Source of the DNA: Escherichia coli
Lineage (GTDB): Bacteria; Pseudomonadota; Gammaproteobacteria; Enterobacterales; Enterobacteriaceae
Reading direction: 5' to 3' (one strand)
Assembly (NCBI RefSeq): GCF_003334765.1
Contig: NZ_QOWT01000080.1
DNA: 1,241 nucleotides
Position 1 is the stretch's first letter, and every line of letters begins with the position of its first letter. The notes under the pieces are model-generated. The model worked only from the letters and a program-made list of their open reading frames with translations, had not been told where the DNA came from and made no database searches. This document shows, piece after piece, positions 1 to 1,241 of the stretch. A program made the position numbers and the translations under genes.

Positions 1-15
1 AAATGTTCGTCTCAT
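1..15 (-). CDS. insI: IS30 transposase, first 5 codons only (MRRTF); the CDS continues off the left edge of the window
   Basis: ATG at 13-15 on the minus strand followed by AGA CGA ACA TTT; matches the remembered IS30 transposase start MRRTFTAEEKA. The symbol insI is the E. coli K-12 name for the IS30 transposase. Confidence 0.6.
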
Positions 16-51
16 TCAAAAAACCTCCGCAACCCCATGTTTTCACATAAC

Positions 52-77
52 TGTTGCGTTGACCAATTGAATCTACA
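52..77 (-). repeat. IS30 left terminal inverted repeat (about 26 bp), outer end at position 77
   Basis: Terminal TGTAGATTCAATTGGTCAACGCAACAG on the minus strand; the sequence changes abruptly at 77/78 into IS3-family orfA coding sequence. Exact IR length is recalled, not measured. Confidence 0.6.
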
Positions 78-340
78 GTTGCTTTTTTTAATATATCTCG
101 CTCAAGGCGAGCTTCATTTAACGCCTTACGCAGTTGCAGAATTTCAGATTCCAGTTCAGCCACCGTGCGGGAACCAGGAGTACCGAGCCCTTTTCTGGCG
201 GCGGTAACCCATTGTCCTAAAGTGCCTTCAGGAAGAGATAATCGGGAAGCGCCTTCACTGATCGAAAGTTGATTTTCAAGAACCGTTCTGACAGCTTCGG
301 CTTTGAACTCTTTAGAGTAACGTTGGGTTTTTCTGCTCAT
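78..340 (-). CDS. IS3-family (IS600-like) OrfA, N-terminal 88 codons, truncated by IS30. The reading frame stays open through the IS30 inverted repeat to the window start, giving a chimeric tail VDSIGQRNSYVKTWGCGGFLNETNI...
   Basis: ATG at 338-340 (minus strand); translation MSRKTQRYSKEFKAEAVRTVLENQLSISEGASRLSLPEGTLGQWVTAARKGLGTPGSRTVAELESEILQLRKALNEARLERDILKKAT, with a helix-turn-helix-like N-terminus and a heptad-Leu coiled coil typical of IS3-family OrfA. Strong AAGGAG Shine-Dalgarno 6 nt upstream of the ATG. Confidence 0.8.
83..89 (-). other. A7 slippery run (TTA AAA AAA GCA), the likely programmed -1 frameshift site that would join orfA to orfB
   Basis: Seven consecutive A on the minus strand, in the ILKKA segment at the orfA C-terminus. 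IS3-family elements use A6G/A7 slippery heptamers here to make the OrfAB transposase. The IS30 junction is only 6 bp downstream. Confidence 0.5.
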
Positions 341-346
341 TATTAG

Positions 347-352
347 CTCCTT
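347..352 (-). promoter_or_regulatory. Ribosome-binding site (AAGGAG) of the IS3-family orfA
   Basis: Minus strand reads AAGGAG-CTAATA-ATG, i.e. a consensus Shine-Dalgarno with 6-nt spacing to the orfA start codon. Confidence 0.7.
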
Positions 353-360
353 CTGATGCC

Positions 361-389
361 ATTCTATTTCAGGAAGGAGTGTCCGTTAA
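361..389 (-). promoter_or_regulatory. Candidate sigma70 promoter for orfA inside the IS left end: -35 TTAACG (384-389), 17-bp spacer, -10 TAGAAT (361-366)
   Basis: Hexamers read on the minus strand. The -10 matches TATAAT at 5 of 6 and the -35 matches TTGACA at 4 of 6. The position between the IS terminus and the orfA RBS fits the known location of IS3-family orfA promoters. Found by eye only. Confidence 0.35.
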
Positions 390-404
390 ACTCAGGCTAC
401 CTCA
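380..404 (-). repeat. Left terminal inverted repeat of the IS3-family element (approximate extent), outer end at 404
   Basis: Minus-strand terminal sequence TGAGGTAGCCTGAGTTTAACGGACA. The inner boundary cannot be fixed without the other end of the element. Confidence 0.5.
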
Positions 405-420
405 GCGTATCTCGGCATCA

Positions 421-1241
421 ATGCGCAAACAGCCTGATGCCCTTCGCTACGACCGCCAAACTATTTTTGGCCTTGTCCGTGAGCGTCCGATCGACATTCA
501 CAAAGATCCCGTAGCACTGAACAAATATATCTGCGAATACCTGACGACAAAGGGCGTGTTTGAGAATGAAGAAACAGACCTGGGCACTGTTGATGTTCTC
601 CAGTCATCAGAAACACAAACTGATGCAGTGGAAACTGAGGTATCTGATATCCCAAAAAATGAAACCGCGCCGGAAGCTGAACCATCTGTAGAGCGTGAGG
701 GGCCGTTCTATTTCCTCTTCGCAGATAAGGACGGAGAAAAATACGGTCGCGCAAACAAACTCTCTGGTCTGGATAAGGCACTGGCTGCTGGCGCCACTGA
801 AATCACAAAAGAAGAATATTTTGCCCGAAAAAATGGCACATACACGGGCTTACCGCAAAATGTAGATACCGCTGAAGATTCAGAACAACCAGAGCCGATA
901 AAAGTTACCGCTGACGAAGTAAACAAAATTATGCAGGCAGCCAATATCAGCCAGCCTGACGCCGATAAGTTGCTTGCTGCATCACGTGGTGAATTTGTTG
1001 AAGGGATTAGTGACCCGAATGATCCGAAATGGGTTAAGGGGCTCCAGACCCGCGATTCTGTGAACCAGAACCAGCATGAATCGGAACGGAACTACCAAAA
1101 AGCGGAACAAAACAGTCCAAATGCGTTACAAAACGAGCCAGAAACGAAACAGCCTGAACCAGTAGCGCAACAGGAAGTGGAAAAAGTCTGCACCGCCTGC
1201 GGTCAGACCGGCGGCGGCAACTGCCCTGATTGTGGCGCGGT
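421..1241 (+). CDS. recE: Partial CDS with no stop in the window: acidic protein with a CxxC-x7-CxxC zinc ribbon, probably the central region of a prophage RecE-like (exonuclease VIII) protein. Likely 5'-truncated by the IS insertion, so possibly a pseudogene or gene remnant.
   Basis: Frame 1 is open from 316 to 1241; the first in-frame ATG is at 421. Translation MRKQPDALRYDRQTIFGLVRERPIDIHKDPVALNKYICEYLTTKGVFENEE...EVEKVCTACGQTGGGNCPDCGA. The frame checks out at every 60-bp line start and the composition is coding-like. There is no Shine-Dalgarno upstream of ATG 421, which sits 17 bp from the IS terminus. The recE assignment rests on remembered similarity to the region upstream of the RecE nuclease domain and is not verified. 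Confidence 0.55.
   Translation, partial: MRKQPDALRYDRQTIFGLVRERPIDIHKDPVALNKYICEYLTTKGVFENEETDLGTVDVLQSSETQTDAVETEVSDIPKNETAPEAEPSVEREGPFYFLFADKDGEKYGRANKLSGLDKALAAGATEITKEEYFARKNGTYTGLPQNVDTAEDSEQPEPIKVTADEVNKIMQAANISQPDADKLLAASRGEFVEGISDPNDPKWVKGLQTRDSVNQNQHESERNYQKAEQNSPNALQNEPETKQPEPVAQQEVEKVCTACGQTGGGNCPDCGA
1189..1233 (+). other. CxxC-x7-CxxC zinc-ribbon-like motif (C-TA-C-GQTGGGN-C-PD-C) within the plus-strand CDS
   Basis: Four Cys codons at 1189-1191, 1198-1200, 1222-1224 and 1231-1233 in the CDS frame, separated by a Gly-rich loop. Confidence 0.6.

Larger units (their letters stand above)
1..77 (-). mobile_element. IS30-family insertion sequence, left end only (terminal inverted repeat plus start of transposase gene); the element continues beyond the window start
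   Basis: Reverse complement of 1-77 reads TGTAGATTCAATTGGTCAACGCAACAGTTATGTGAAAACATGGGGTTGCGGAGGTTTTTTGAATGAGACGAACATTT, which I recognise as the IS30 left end followed by ATG AGA CGA ACA TTT (MRRTF), the IS30 transposase N-terminus. Recognition is from memory, not a database search. Confidence 0.8.
78..404 (-). mobile_element. IS3-family insertion sequence (IS600-like), left end and 5' part of orfA, interrupted by the IS30 insertion at 77/78
   Basis: Minus-strand terminus at 404 reads TGAGGTAGCCTGAG... (the TG... end typical of IS3-family elements), followed by a promoter/RBS region and orfA. The orfA product is recognised from memory as IS600-type OrfA. Confidence 0.75.

Noticed and set aside
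371-381. Outward-facing SD-like AGGAAGGAG on the plus strand inside the IS end, overlapping an in-frame GTG (379-381)
   Set aside because: The purine-rich run overlaps the candidate GTG with no spacer, and no other start codon lies 5-10 nt downstream. It is the complement of pyrimidine-rich IS-end sequence and is unlikely to work as a translation initiation region.
384-414. Outward-reading hybrid promoter formed by the IS end and flanking DNA (-35 in the IS, -10 in the target)
   Set aside because: The best candidates (TTAAAC near 386-391 paired with ATCTCG or CGTATC about 17 bp downstream) match the -10 consensus poorly. It cannot be supported from sequence alone and is kept only as an experimental question in the findings.
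421-423. ATG at 421 as the genuine native start codon of the plus-strand gene
   Set aside because: There is no Shine-Dalgarno in the 16 nt upstream, the codon sits 17 bp from an IS terminus, and the frame is already open upstream. It is used as the feature start only by convention; the gene is more likely 5'-truncated.
461-781. Minus-strand ORF of 106 aa from the supplied track
   Set aside because: It lies entirely antisense to the much longer plus-strand reading frame, has no Shine-Dalgarno, and its Arg/Cys/Leu/Phe-rich translation is typical of the reverse strand of a Glu/Gln-rich gene. Most likely a spurious ORF.
708-944. Minus-strand ORF of 78 aa from the supplied track
   Set aside because: Same reasoning: antisense to the plus-strand CDS, overlaps the other spurious ORF in another frame, and has no recognisable start context.
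1-1241. CRISPR repeats, tRNA/rRNA genes, or a novel defense or toxin system
   Set aside because: There are no direct repeat/spacer periodicity, no tRNA-like cloverleaf segments, and no unexplained ORFs. Two IS ends and one gene fragment account for the whole window.

Overview
This window is a mosaic of two nested insertion sequences followed by a gene fragment; I do not see a novel system in it. On the minus strand, bases 1-77 are the left end of an IS30-type element (terminal inverted repeat and the first five codons of its transposase, MRRTF), which runs off the window. IS30 has inserted into the orfA of an IS3-family element (IS600-like, bases 78-404, minus strand), cutting it 6 bp past the A7 frameshift run. 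From the IS3-family terminus onward, a plus-strand open reading frame runs to the window end (first ATG at 421, no stop). It encodes an acidic, probably disordered polypeptide ending in a CxxC-x7-CxxC zinc-ribbon motif. From memory I think this is the middle region of a Rac-type prophage RecE (exonuclease VIII) homolog, probably truncated at its 5' end by the IS; that identification is unverified. There are no tRNA, rRNA or CRISPR features. The two minus-strand ORFs in the supplied track (461-781, 708-944) look like antisense artefacts. The plus-strand gene and the IS orfA are absent from the track because they lack an in-window stop.
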